Source: the human T2T-CHM13v2.0 reference genome, Homo sapiens. Taken from it: a stretch of 64,000 nucleotides of DNA. Numbering within the stretch: the first letter of the stretch is position 1; each line of letters opens with the position of its first letter. The stretch lies in assembly GCF_009914755.1 (NCBI RefSeq), contig NC_060926.1. One strand, given 5' to 3'. The notes under the pieces were generated by a model. That model was given only the letters and a program-made list of their open reading frames with translations. It was not told the origin of the DNA and did no database searches. This document shows, piece by piece, positions 1 to 15,540 of this stretch. The translations under genes were made by a program, and so were the position numbers.

Positions 1-320
1 TAGTTTGGGGGCTGGCTGAGAACTCACACCACTTAATCCTTCATTTTTTAGGCCCATGGATCTCAAGAAGGTATGGGGTTGATGGGGGAGGACAGAATGT
101 AACTGGCTGGCAAAATTATCCAGGGAATTTACAAATGATCCTGCCCATCCTGTGGCTAGCAGAGTCTGGTGTGCCCCTTGGTGGCATTGCGTGTATTTCC
201 AGATGTGTATCTTCTCTACTCCTCTTGCTGAGGACTGGTTTCATTGGCCTTAATAAAATCCTATTTCTTCAGCATAATCTGATTCTGTCCACGCTGTTAC
301 TCAAAGGGATTTTTAAAACA

Positions 321-656
<336 letters not shown>

Positions 657-2117
657 TAATGTTGTAGCATAATGCAGTCTTAAAATGCTTTTGAATTAGA
701 TCAGAGTCTGGTGGCATTTTTAAAAAGCAAGCCTATATAGATCTGTAGAGCAGGCTTGGTGGGGATTAATTAAGTCATTTGCCTGAAGTTGCCCATGAAA
801 CAGCAGTGTTAGGACTGGACACCCTTTCTGATCTCTCATCCATTCCTCCACAAGTACAAGTTGACAGCGAGACCCTAGAGGCTGGGTTGGTGTTCACCTG
901 GATCTGGCTAGACAGTGGTCTCTCTGATGGTGTAGACAGCGGGGTGGTGGTCAGGTGGTTGGCTGGCTCCTTGTCACTTGCACATGGCCTGTTCTTCCTT
1001 AAATGTAGATGGCAGTCCCAGCAGTGTGAAGAAACTGATGTGTGGGTCATCCCCATCCATGGAGGGGCTCTGTTTGCCTTTCTTCTCTGTGAACTTCTGT
1101 ATCGTAGAACCAGTGTCTGGTGCAGTGGACTAAGCAGGAAAACAGAGCATGCTGAGGGATAGAGAGGGCCTGGGTGCACAGGGTACCCTCTCCCCCATGT
1201 CCTGGCACTGGAGCAGAGCCCTGCAGGAAGTGATTATATTTATGGAATGAGCATTCCAGTCAGGGAACTAAAAGGGGGTAAAGACCATGAGGCCGGCCCT
1301 GCTTGGCATTGTCACAGCACGTGTTGGGTCCAAGGTGGCTGCAGTGAGGGAAGGATTCTGCAGAGAAGATCAGAGAGGAAGCTGGAGGCCTGTATCACAG
1401 AGGTTCAAGCTTCAGCAGCCAAGACATCTTCAAATTTGACACCTGGGGTTCTAACCTGTCACTATGCCGTTGTGAGTTATGGTTTCACTACTTGGTAGTA
1501 TAATTTTCCAGACCCATTTGTTTGTAAATATTCTGTTTGTCAGCTACTCTTGTGGACATCTATCACTGAAATACCATGAATTTTTTATGCCTTGTCATCT
1601 CTCTGTATCTTTTAATGATCCCCATGTGTCTCTAGTCAATAAATGATAGTCTCTGTGGTTTTCACATTTAGTGGGCAGGTGGAGGACCTGCCAGGCTTTG
1701 GCAGGGGCAGTGATTGATGTGGGTCAGGACCATTGAAGTAAGCCATTGAAAGAAACACACTGGGCATCTTAATAGCTGTTAAAGGAGCATCATTTGTATC
1801 TAATGATCTGAAGATCTGAAAAAAAAAATATTATTATACCTAAAATTTGCGTATGTTCAGTAATTTTATTTTAAAACCTGTAGATAAAAAGCTTTTCCCA
1901 ATACCTAGATCCAGGGAGATTACTAAGTGGGGGATATAGTAATTAGTGGAAGCAGCACATTATTTTCTAGCAGTATTATGCTGCGGACAATCATGGCACA
2001 TGTGGACATTTCCATATTTTCTGTTTCTTTTAGGAACACATCCCTATAAAGTATTTGTATTTACTTTTGGCCTTATCTCACTATTAACACCATGACTATT
2101 TTTTTCTTTTTAAAAAC

Positions 2118-2243
2118 ATTTTTTATAGAGACGGGGTCTTGCCATGTTGCCCATGTTGGTCTCAAACTCCTGGGCTCAAGCAGTCCTCCCTCCTCAGCCT
2201 CCTAACATACTGGGATTACAGTTGTGAGCCACTGCACCCAGCC
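2118..2243 (-). mobile_element. Alu left monomer (FLAM-like)
   Basis: Single-monomer antisense Alu. Confidence 0.8.
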
Positions 2244-2298
2244 ACAATTATTACTTCATTACCAGGAAAATGAATTTCCTGGTTTTGTTGAGGTTAAA

Positions 2299-2421
2299 CA
2301 GTGATTTTTCAAAGTGTGGTTCCCCAAACCAAGAGTGTCAATATCAACGAGGAACTTATTAAAAATGTACCACCCAGATATAATGAATCAGAAATCAGGG
2401 GGTGGGGCCCAAGAATTTGCA
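2299..2421 (+). mobile_element. MER5A-like hAT-Charlie DNA transposon, left part
   Basis: CAGTGaTTtTCAAAGTGTGGT terminus and TGAATCAGAAA..GGGGTGGGGCCC core. Confidence 0.8.
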
Positions 2422-2431
2422 GTTGTTTAGG

Positions 2432-2743
2432 TTTTTTTTGTTTTTGTTTTTGTTTTGCTTTTGAGACGGAGTCTTGCTCTGTCCCCCAGGCTGGAGTGCA
2501 GTGACGTAATCTTGGCTCATTGCAGCCTCCACCTCCTGCGTTCAAGCGATTCTCCTGCATCAGTCTCCTGAGTGGCTGGGATTACAGGCGTGCGCCACCA
2601 CGCTGGCTAATTTTTGTATTTTTAGTAGACACGGGGTTTTCACCCTGTTGTTCAGGCTGGTCTCGAACTCCTAACTGCAGGTGATCCGCCCGCCTCAGCC
2701 TCCCAAAGTGGTGGGATTACAGGCATGAGCCACCTTGCCTGGC
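2432..2743 (-). mobile_element. Alu, full length (AluS-type)
   Basis: Antisense Alu consensus. Confidence 0.95.
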
Positions 2744-3290
2744 TATTTGTTTAGTTTTTATTTTTAATTATGGTTAAGAAACACATAAAAGGAAATTTAC
2801 CATCTTAACCATTTTTAAGTCTGCAATTCAGTAGTGTTAACAATATTCACATTGTTGTGCGATAGATGTCCAGTACTTTTCATGTTGCAGAATCAAAACT
2901 CTATATCCCTTAAGCAACAACTCTCATTTCCCCTGTGCCCAGGCCCAGAAACCTTCATTCTACTGTCTGTGAATTTGATTACTGTATATATCTCATAAGT
3001 AGTTTCACTCAGTATTTGTTCTTTTGCGTCTGGCTTGCTTCACTTATTTCACTTCCCCGAGGTTTACCCATGTTGTCACATATGGCAGGATTTTCTCCCT
3101 TTTTAAGCAGGAATAATCCATTGTATGTATATGTACCACATTTTCTTCATCCATCCACTGATGAACACTGAGGTTGCATCTACCTGTTGGCTGTTGTGAA
3201 TAATGCTGCAATTAACATGAGGGTACAAATATGTCTTTGAGATCCTGCTTTCAATTCTTTTGAATATGTACCCAGAAGTGGGATGACTGA

Positions 3291-3615
<325 letters not shown>

Positions 3616-3639
3616 TCTACTGACATTTTTAATTAAAAA

Positions 3640-3805
3640 TTTTTTTTTTTTTAATTTTCACATCAGGGCCTTGCTGTGTTGCCCAGGCTAGAGTGCAGCA
3701 GGCTGTTCACAGGCATGATCATAGTGCACTACAGCCTCAAACTCCTGGCCCCAAGCAATCCTCCCACCTCAGCTTCCTGAGTAGCTGGGATTACAGTCAC
3801 GTGCC
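3640..3805 (-). mobile_element. Old Alu monomer (FRAM/FAM/AluJ-like)
   Basis: Diverged antisense Alu monomer with T tail. Confidence 0.75.
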
Positions 3806-3890
3806 TGGGGCAGTAGTTCTATTTTTAATATTTTGAGGAACCATCTTACTGTTTCCCAGTAAGCTACACTATTTTACATTCCCACCAATG

Positions 3891-4345
<455 letters not shown>

Positions 4346-4719
4346 TAGAATTGTTATTTGCTGGGCCAGACTCTCTTGTCTCTGAAACCACAGCATACAC
4401 AGAAAGGGTCGGGCTCCAGGGATTGGTCACTTTGTAATGTGGCAGCCTCAGAGAGGTTTGTTTTGCTCATACACAGCAACTCTGCTTAATGTTGTCCAGG
4501 GGAAGGCAGAATTCCAGGGAGACCCTGGCTCCTAGCCGCATGAGGAGGGCCAGCCTTTAAAAAGCCTGCAAGTATCGATCTAGAAAGCACCAAGATTGGT
4601 TTAAAATATTTTAAATGTTTGCTTTTTTCCCCTCTCTTCTTCTTATCCCATTTTATGTCCTTTTAAAACAGTAGGATGAGTTCCATGAACTCATGAAGAA
4701 GCCATGTGCCTGAGCTCCA

Positions 4720-5314
<595 letters not shown>

Positions 5315-6366
5315 TAACAGTAGAGATAAACTGCTAATTATCTTTTGTCTTTTAATTAGGATATTTAAAGTTCAAAAAAATTAGGCTTATAACAGCTGTG
5401 GGAGATTTATTTTTTTCTCTCAAATCCAACATTTGGGACATACATAAACTTCAGTTCATGGAGAAGGAAATGTGTGGCTAAGCCTTTGGGGTGGGTATGT
5501 TACTGCTGCACATCACCGCACCTCCATTTACGGATGGCAGCTGGGCTTTACACTTTATTCTGAGGCCAGCAGGCCTCCCCCCATCACAGCTGAAAGCTCT
5601 GGAGTAGGAGGCTGAGTGCTATGTCAGGGGGCTCTGGCAAAGCCTCTGAATGAGGGTACAGGGCGTCCCCAGAGTTGGCAGGCATGCAAGGCTAGGCCCT
5701 GGGCTCTGCTCCCAGGCCCAGTACTCTGGGGTTTAGACAGGGCATGAAGGGCTGCCGCTGCTTTGGGGCCTTGAGGAGGAGGTGTGTGGCACTCACTCAC
5801 TTTTTCTGCCTAGCTGGCCTGCCCTGACTTTGTGGCCGCCCCCCCTTTACTTGCCAGCATGCCCAGGCCACCGGCCTACATGAGACCTCCTTCCCAATCA
5901 GATGCCACTTGGACTCCTTTCCTGCCCTTCCACACTCAGCTGTTTTTCCACATCCCTCTCTTTCTTCGGATCCCCTGGCTCAGTGACCAGAGAGTGGCTC
6001 TACTCCTTCAAATTATAGCTTGTCACAGCAGACTTAGAATGCCCCACCCAAGCAACCAAAGTTGGGAAATACAGGGATTTGTCCGAGGTTTTGGTCTGTG
6101 TCTCCACACATGCTCACAAGAGAGTTAGGAGCTTTGTGTAGTTTGCTGCAGGGACATGGGAGTAAGGAGGGTGTTTTGTGACCCTGAATCTTGCAAAGGG
6201 AACCTGAGGCCTGGAATGGTACATTCATTACCATCTGGAAGTAATCCAGACTAAGGTTCCATGTTCTCCAGAAAGACAAGTTGGAATGTGAACCCCATGT
6301 ACGCTTACAGGGAGTGGGGTTTGCACACAGCTAGGTGGTGCATCTGCATGCTCAGAGGCAAAGTAA

Positions 6367-6630
<264 letters not shown>

Positions 6631-7399
6631 TAGCCCAGCAAGTCAGTTGACACACTGAAGGACCGAAAGAAGGAGGATGCCAAGAACTAGCATTTGGCGT
6701 TGACCACCTGCAGTAGAAGGTCTTCTATGGGCACCACATCCTTCCCGTGAGTGACAGTGCACACTCCTATGCACACGTGATGGGGACAGGCAGGCTTATT
6801 TTTCTATGGGAAGCCTTTTGATGACATTCACTCTCAGCTCTTCCTCATGTCTCTCCTCCTTCCCTGCTCTGCCCTCTAGACCTGCTGTTTTAAATTTTTT
6901 CCCCTTTGATTCGTTTCTTCTGTCCTTGTGTTCATTTAAAAATAATCACATAGAATCCTGATTCTAAAATCGTTCCTGAGTATTTGAAGGATTTTTAAAA
7001 ATAGAGCTTTAATGCTTTGATAGCACACAAGAATGCTTGTCATTTACAGCTCCTCCACTGAATGAAAACTCCATGCAGTAGTTAAATAGAGCATTTATTT
7101 CTGACAGATGTTGGTATTCCTCAGTTTGAAGATTTAATTGTCACCTCCTGACCTGTGTGTCTTGGCTTTCTTTATCTGTGAATTTAATAATGTTTTGCTC
7201 GCTTCCTCCTGTGTATTTCTTACTCTGAATTATCTTCAAGCAATTAGAGGTGCCAGTATTTGGTAAGATTCTTTTTCTAAAATGACTTTAGTAAATTCGA
7301 GTGGGAAGCTGGCTGGCTGACTTTGGCATTCAAAACTCATGGGCAGACATACACACAAGCATGAAATAGTGGCTGGCTAATTTCTGGTTTAAACATTAA

Positions 7400-7424
7400 A
7401 CACACACACACACACACACACACA
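7400..7424. repeat. (CA)~12 microsatellite
   Basis: Read directly. Confidence 0.95.
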
Positions 7425-7648
7425 GAGATACTGTTAAACACACATATGAAAATGTAGATGTTTTCCTTTTTTTAAGTGTGAAAAGTCATCATTGGGAGGA
7501 CCATGAATGCCTAGGAATGACCTTGGTCTTAATCCATGCTAACCCCCTTGTTTTAAAGCTGGTTGGGAGGAAATGCTGAGCGAAAATCACCTCAGCACAG
7601 CCAGTAGGGTGAAAAAAGCAGGGTTTGTTCACCATAAGACTTGGAGGG

Positions 7649-8134
7649 TATGTTAGTTTCCTAATGCCATTATCACAAATAGATGCAACCTTAGTGGCTT
7701 AAAGCAGCACACACTTACTCTTAGAATTCTGATGGTCAGAAGTCTAAAATCACACTATTGGGAGGTCAGCCTTCCTTCTGAAGTCTCTAGGGGAGAACCT
7801 GTCTCCTTGCTTTTTCTCAATTCTTGAAGCCACCTGTATTTTTTAGCTCATGGCCCCTTCCTCCATCTCCAAAGTGCCTTACTTTCACCTTAGCCTCTGT
7901 CGTCTCATTTCCTCTGTCCTCTGACCTGGACTCCTCCTGTCCCTCTTAAGAGGATGGTTGTGATTGATTAGATCAGGTGTGTATCAGATATAGACCTTGA
8001 TAATTTGAGATAATCGCCCCATTTCAACATTCATAATCACATCTGCAATTCCTTCTTGCCCTGTAAGGTCACATTCACAGGCTTTGAAGATTGGGATGTA
8101 GACATCTTTGGGGGCCATTATTCAGCCTACCACA
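7649..8134 (-). mobile_element. MaLR solo LTR (MLT1C/D-like)
   Basis: Reverse complement begins TGTGGTAGGCTGAATAATGGCCCCCAAAGATGTC; flanks gaggg/aaggg look like a 5-bp TSD. Confidence 0.8.
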
Positions 8135-8764
8135 AAGGGTGTGGGCTAGGAGACTGGAAGGTGGCTTTGTCGTGTTCTCCCGTTGCTCGCTGCTGTTGCT
8201 CAGGGTGAACGCCGGCTCAGGTCCAGGGCACAGATGCCTTGTCTCCCTGCAAGCCAGGCTTCCTGCCTCCATACCTGTGACTTGACCCGCCCTTTGACAG
8301 GAAGAGTCCCATAAGGGAAAAAGAATAATGCTACCAGCAGAAAATGTATTTGAACAATACTTTGTAAAAATTTGCAAAAACGTATATCGCTTTGTTTTCC
8401 TTCCTTGTGAAAAACTGATTCACTATCTTGTGATTTATGCAGAAACTGCACTTTGTGTGATCTGCCATGTCCTTTGTTGATTAGGCTGGCATATTTGGGT
8501 CATGTTGGAATTCATTAGAATTCTGAGTACCTAGTAATCCTGAACCATATTGCTGAAATTCACTGAGATTTTTTTTTAATTCTTCTCCAACTGAAAGTGT
8601 GAATAGCATATGAATTATGCTTGAAAACAGTTTTCATTATATTTTTCTCTCCTTGGGCAGTGTGAGATAATGGTTAAAAAACAACACACTGTCTCCTTTG
8701 ATACATGGGCTATAATAAGCACCTCTTGCTAAGAGAACTCATTAAATCACCTTGCCACTTCTGA

Positions 8765-8887
<123 letters not shown>

Positions 8888-10489
8888 TGATGTTTTAGCC
8901 CTATTTTGGCCTAATTGTCTTAAGAATGACTGATATATGTAGTCCTGTTTCTATTTTATCACAAGCATTTGAAGTTTAGAGCTCCTTGAACTTTCTACAT
9001 GAGTAGCAAAACTTTGCTGGAAGCGTAAGATTTTATTTTTTAAAGCAATCCTATTAACTGATTATTTTGAATTAGACTAGCAGTTACGGTACATCTGATG
9101 AATGTCAGATGGAAGTACCTAACTAAGGTGTTGTTTTCTGATTTGCCAAATCTCACACATCTAACCAATGTGATCTTCCTGTGACCTGTGCATGGCGAGC
9201 CAGGCATGAACTTCTGTCCCCATCGTCACACGAATCAAAGGCGGCTCAGCACAGAAGGCAGTGGCCTGCCCTGCCCTGTACAGAATGAGGGTAAAACTCA
9301 GCCTCGTGGGGTTTACTCACATTACCGTACGAATGCAAGCTATCGGGTCATTTCCATTGGTCTTTACAGTGAGAAGCCTGGGCTGAGCACATCCTGGTGA
9401 AGATTTGAGCTGGTTACTTGTGAGACTAAAAGTAATGCTGCTTTCCAGTTTTCCACTTGACTGGATTAGTGTTAGAAATCTAAGACTTTAAATTACAAGT
9501 TGTTTTTAAATAGATGTCAGCATGAGTATTTAAAATGAATTTCCAGGTTATGTTTCTGTGTGTGTACCTGGTATATATGATTTCCATTTTTCTTGCACAG
9601 ATTTGTTTCCAAATGCTTCTAAATTATTTCCTAATAAGCCAAATGGTGGTGTGAAGAGCTTATTAGATAGCTCACCCTAGGGGAAAGCCACAGAGCTTCA
9701 CCTTCTGGCAGGAGTGCAGGCCTGTCCTTCAGAGCCTCACAGCTGTTTGTTCCATCCCCTTTGTGGGTCCAAAGAAGGAGCTGGGTGTGCTCCCAGGCGC
9801 AGAGAAAGTACAGAATTCCAGCGGAGTTGGATTATGTCTACGGGTAAAAGTATGTGGATTGAAATATTGCCTAATTCTTTATGGAGTCCTTCCCCTTCCC
9901 TTTTAAACAGTATAGGCTGCTCTATAATTTGGTGAAAGAAAAGTTTCCATCACATTCCAAATGATGTGGTGGGCAGCAGTGTTGCTGAGTGGATAAGAGC
10001 ATGACTGCTGACAGCCAAAAGGTCCAAACCCCTGTTCTTTCATTGCCTAGTGATAAGAGCCTCCTGGGGCACTTGGGCTTAGACATTCTGATTCACTAGG
10101 GGGAAAGCCCAGGATTTGATTTTCTTAACAAGCATCCCAAGTCATTTCAGGTTACTCCTAGCTCCCTGCAGAGCTGTCTAGAAAGCCTGACATAGAGTGA
10201 CACACAGTGAGAGGTACCCATGAAGACGATGGACATCAGGTCTAGCAGCCATGACATCACACATTTAGCTCAAGTGAGAATTTCTAACATTTTAATATTC
10301 AAGATGACTTTTTTATTTGGAAGAAAATTCCAGAGAAGGGCTGACTTTGAAGGCTTTGTTTGAGCTCTCTTCTCTCAATGACCAGTCCTGAATTGCATTA
10401 TCATCCTGCTTGAGAATCTGCCCATCAGTTGATGGCTAAAGACACACATGAGAAACAACAGACTTCCCACCAGTCTTTATCTAGATCAG

Positions 10490-10650
10490 AATTCTTGGCA
10501 CAGTTTGGCTGGATTCTCTACTTCAGGATCTTACCAGGCTCCTAATTGGGTATTGGCTGGGGCTGTGTTCTCGTCAGAGACTCCACTGGGGAAAGACCCA
10601 CTTCCAAGCTCTCAGCTGTTGGCAGAATTCATCTCCTTGTAGTTGTCCCT
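10490..10650 (-). mobile_element. MaLR LTR fragment (MLT1-type)
   Basis: ggggaaaga.ccacttccaagctc...gttggcagaattca..tccttgtagttg phrase typical of antisense MLT1. Confidence 0.6.
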
Positions 10651-12841
10651 TGGGTCTTAATGAAAAGGTAAACAGTAACTTGGCCCCTCCCTTCCAAAGC
10701 CTCATGAGTAACCTTCAGACCACTTTGCAACCTGGGAAGCAGTTCACACTCTTCCTCACCAGGCATCAGGGTGAATTTCATCAGGCAAGAGTTTACTTGA
10801 GACGTTTGTTAAAATTTAAAGCAAGAAGAGGCAAGCTAAGTGCTGTTTTTCAGGCTTAGCCACAGTGGCTTTCTGTGGACTGCATGTCAACAAAATCCAC
10901 CTTGCCTTCTCTGCATTTTTCTGTCTGGTACCTTTCTCTTGTGCCCCTTCAAAGACAACCACTATCGTCTACTGCCCCAAGCCTTCCTACTTTCCAGGCC
11001 TGCATTTGTCAGAGGAATACCCTGAAATCTTGCAGGGGGTTTCAGCTGAGAGAACATCTGCAAATATAGGTCCTTACACAAATGTATACTGCATGCTCTG
11101 GAATGTGACATCCCGTGTTTTGGGATTTGGCCACGTGGGGTCTGTTACCGACCCTAAATGTGGGAATGAAGGCAGATGAGGCATCGTACAGAGAACTGAA
11201 GGCCTTGAGAGTGAATGGGTCAGCTCACAGTCCTGGTTCTCACCAAGGCTCAACTTCAAGCCATGAGCCCCGGGATTCCCCAGCCTGTGTGGCTGTACTG
11301 CTGTGTGCATTGTTGCTCGTTGCTATAGGGACCCACAGAAGGGAAAGTAGTGGTTTTGCATCCTGTTCTCGTTTGGTCCTCATTCCTGGGTGTAGTCAAT
11401 GGTGTTTTGTGTCCAAAACACTCTAGGATGGACTGTATCTGTCCCTAGCCACAGCACAAGGATAGGATCCCAAGAGTAATACTTATCTGGGATATGGGAA
11501 GGTGGCAGAAAAACTGGAAGCTTTGTGTGGATAACAGTTCATTATTTATTTTGAAACCTTAAGTATGTTTACACAAGTCTGTCCAGCATAGATTTAGCTG
11601 TGAACAGCTTGGCTTTAAAATGCTAGCTGATGAGGTGACAAGGCAGAGCTTCCTCGTCTGTTTTGACTCACCTGCCTGCCTTTGAACAGCCTGTGGTTTT
11701 CCTGCAGGGATACCCCCGTTAGGAGGACAGCCACCTGCCCATCTCTTCTCTGCCATTGCCAGAGCCAGTGGCGCAGGAGCTTAAATTCACGCACAAATTC
11801 TTCCTCCAGTTTTCTGCTAGGAGAGCCTTGCAATTCAGTGAATCTATTCCACATGGCAGAAGTGTGGTTGTCGTGCCTGTTGCTGATTGGAAGCATTGGG
11901 TTCTTGGTTAAGAATGACGGCCACCAGCCAGGGAACAGCAGCCCCGTGGAGGTCCCCCTCACTCAGGCCGTCAGTGTGGTGGCACTGGGCACAGCAGCAG
12001 CCCTCCACCCTCAGAGCCCTGCACATCTGACTGCTGGTGACCCTGAGTCAATGAATGTCATCACAGAAGTAGGTGGCTCCTGTGTTAGGTTGAAGGAGAC
12101 AAGAAAATGTACAATAGAATTTTAAGACGTTCATAAAAAATGGGAACAGTATTTAGTTTAGGGTTTAGGGGTTTATTGCAATCAACCCACAGCCTTTAGA
12201 AAACTTGCAGACTGTCTCTACTGGTTTTGGAGAGCAGAGGGCTTAACTTGTTTAAGTTTCTGTTTTCACCAGCATCCAGGACCATTTGGTTTTTGTCTGT
12301 CCAATGTTTAGGGACCAGCCATTCAGAACTCAGTTCTGTCGTTCCAGTAGCTCTCAAGCTCTCCCTCTCCCCATGCATCCTCCCCACCCTCAAACAAAAG
12401 GCCCTAGTGGAGAATAAGTAGTATGATCCATTCATCAGAAGAAAGCTCAGAGCAGATGATGAATGCCTGCATCTAACAGTACCACCCTCAGGATGCCAAG
12501 GCTCTTGGCTCGGTGATATTCACAGACTCAGTCAGTGTCTGTTCCGTAGTTTCTCGGCAGCCTGAAACATGGTGAGAACCCACCAGATGCTTATGGCATC
12601 TGTTTCAGGCATTCCACAGCTGTGACAACTCCATGCTGCCTCCCAGAAAGTTCTGGCTACACTGAGTTACTATCTCCATGTCAGTGTTTGCTGTGAATCA
12701 GCCCAAGCCGAAATGACCAGAGATGCTTAGCTGGTGACCTCATGCTGCTGTGGATTGGCAGAAGGACTGTGTTTGCAAGTTCCAAGCCACACTCAAGTGT
12801 GTGAGCCTGCTTGTGGGCTTCTGGTTAGAACCTTGCTCTGA

Positions 12842-13291
<450 letters not shown>

Positions 13292-13351
13292 TTGATAGGC
13301 TTATTTGATGTGGCTTATTTGATAGGAGGCTGCTTTTCCCAAATTGTGAGC

Positions 13352-13663
13352 TTTTTTGGGTTTGTTTTTTGAGACAGGGTCTCACTCTGTCACCCATGTT
13401 GGAGTGCAGTGGCACAATCACAGTTCACTGCAGCATCTGCCTCCCCACACTCAGGTGCTCCTCCCACCTTGGGCTCCTGAGTAGCTAGGACTACAGGCAT
13501 GAGCCACCACACCTGGCTAATTTTTGTATTTTTTTGTAGAGATGCAAAACATGGGGATTCGCCATGTTGCCTAGGCTGGTCTCAAACCCCTGGGCTCAAG
13601 CAGTCCTCCTGACTCAGCCTCCCAAAGTGCTGGGATTACAGGCATGAGCCACCACACCCAGCC
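13352..13663 (-). mobile_element. Alu, full length (AluJ-type)
   Basis: Antisense Alu with AluJ-style ctgggctcaagc. Confidence 0.9.
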
Positions 13664-13735
13664 AGTCATGGGCTTTGTGAAGGCAGAAATTTCCCTGTCT
13701 CTTGTCCACACCATTGTGTATGGCAACCGTCCGTT

Positions 13736-13929
13736 CTAGTGCTGCCCAATAGAACTTTCCGTAATAATGGAAGTGGTGTCTGTTTTGTCCAGCATGGTAG
13801 CTACTAGCCACATGTGGCTATTGAGTACTTGAAATGTGACTTGTGCAACTGAGGAACAATAGTTTAAAATCTCATCTTAATTTATCTAAATTACATGTGA
13901 CAGGTGGCCACCAAATTGGACAGTGCAGG
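13736..13929. mobile_element. MER3-like hAT-Charlie element
   Basis: gtgctgcccaatagaactttc...tagccacatgtggcta...ttggacagtgcag. Confidence 0.8.
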
Positions 13930-15205
13930 TATAGCCTGGTCCTTGTCATATAGGTATTGACCAAGTGGACAAGTGGATTTAAATGAAACAAAGTCATATT
14001 TTTAGTGAGGGAGATGTTCACTTGCAGAATAATTTGGGAGAAATACCTGTGGTTGGAGGGGGAGCAGTAAGGGGCCTGGTCACTCATAAAGACCCAGTGT
14101 CCTGATTTCTTGGTGTCCTAGCTCAGACCATGCTCTGTTGGACTCCAAGATGGCTCAGATCCTCTCGCCAAGTCCTCGGTGGGGCACCTGTGCTGAAGGC
14201 ATGGTGGGCTGCTGGTTTGGATCTTTGGGAACACAGCTAATAGCCAAGCATGGTGTGGGCATAGCCCCATCTGTGTCCATAACATCTCCCTCTCTGCAGC
14301 CTGGGTGTGCTGTGTCCTCATGCTGGTCTCTGGCAGTCGTCCTGCCCTGTCGTGGTCACCTCCTCAGAGGTCCTTCTGTTTGAAAGAAGGTCGCCAGCAC
14401 ACCCAGAGCCCCATGCTTCATGCACAGGACGCTGGCGGCTCCCCAGGGCTACGCTTCCCTAATTTCTGGAAGGGGATGCCCTATCGGAGTTGGTTAAAAG
14501 TGTGACTGAAATACTTCATGTGAAGTGTTTTTATGTTAAGTCAGTAATATTTTAATTGTTGAATACTTTCTAAAGGAGTTTAGTCAGGTAAATAATTTTT
14601 ATTGCCAAAGCTACTATTTGCCTCTGTTCAGATGGGCCAGATTTTCTCCGCTGTGAATTGAATGGGCTATTTAGCTGCGTCGTAGGCCTCCCTTTGTGTA
14701 GCGCGTTGAAGCAATTCCACTTGGCATGTGTGCTCACCGTAGTTTACTGTTCACTAATTCTGGATGGAATTTTGGACAGAACCTGCTCCCTCTGGATCTT
14801 GAGCCTCAGGCAGTGCCCTGCAGCTGGGGTGGGTGTTTCCAGGCCCCTCTTGGGGGTGGGGTCCTCACACCTGTTTCCAAATTGGGCTGCGAAGCTGGGT
14901 CCTGTTGTATTTGACACTTTGATGATTTTCGTTTCCCTCTTGTTTCCATGGGACTGCTTTCCTTTCCCCTTTTGTGGCTCTTTTGGCTTCAGTCACAGGG
15001 AGGCCCCAGGCGTGGACGGTGGGCTTCCCACATCCAAGGCTGCCCCAGAGCACAGGGAGCTGGATGCCTAATTACTGTTGGTGTAAAAATGACCCGTTCT
15101 TCATTTGAATTTACCTTAGGCATTTTGGAGAGAGAAGGGGCTGTTCTTTGGTAAGAATGTAAAATAAATGTCAGGCCTACTGGATTGAGCCTTGCAGTCA
15201 CATAT

Positions 15206-15540
15206 ACAGCCATCCCCCACATAATGATGTTTCTGTCAGCGATGGACTGCATGTGAGAAGGTGTTCCCATACAATACTGTGTCTTTATTTTTTCTATGTT
15301 GCTACTTTTTCTATGTTTTGTTACACAAGTACCACCGTGTTACAGCTGCCTACAGTATCCACTACAGTAACAGGCTGTACAGCTTAGCAGTTTAGGAGCA
15401 AAAGGCTGTACCATATAGTCTAGGCATGTAGTAGGCTACACCATCGAAGTTTGTGTAAGTCCACTATGTGGTATTAGCACAATGATACAATCACCTAACG
15501 ACTCATTTCTCAGGATGCATCCCTGTCATTGATGATGTGT
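15206..15540 (-). mobile_element. Tigger3 (Golem/MER7)-like TcMar element
   Basis: gttacagctgcctacagta...tttgtgtaagt...cacctaacgac.catttctcag. Confidence 0.75.

Noticed and set aside
775-1179. Overlapping 127-134 aa ORFs on both strands
   Set aside because: No recognisable domain or convincing splice context; expected by chance in GC-moderate intron
11664-12050. AP-1 motifs TGACTCA/TGAGTCA as an enhancer
   Set aside because: About a dozen such 7-mers are scattered over 64 kb, near expectation; cannot be supported from sequence alone
12151-12175. TTTAGGG telomere-like repeats
   Set aside because: Only two copies; chance level
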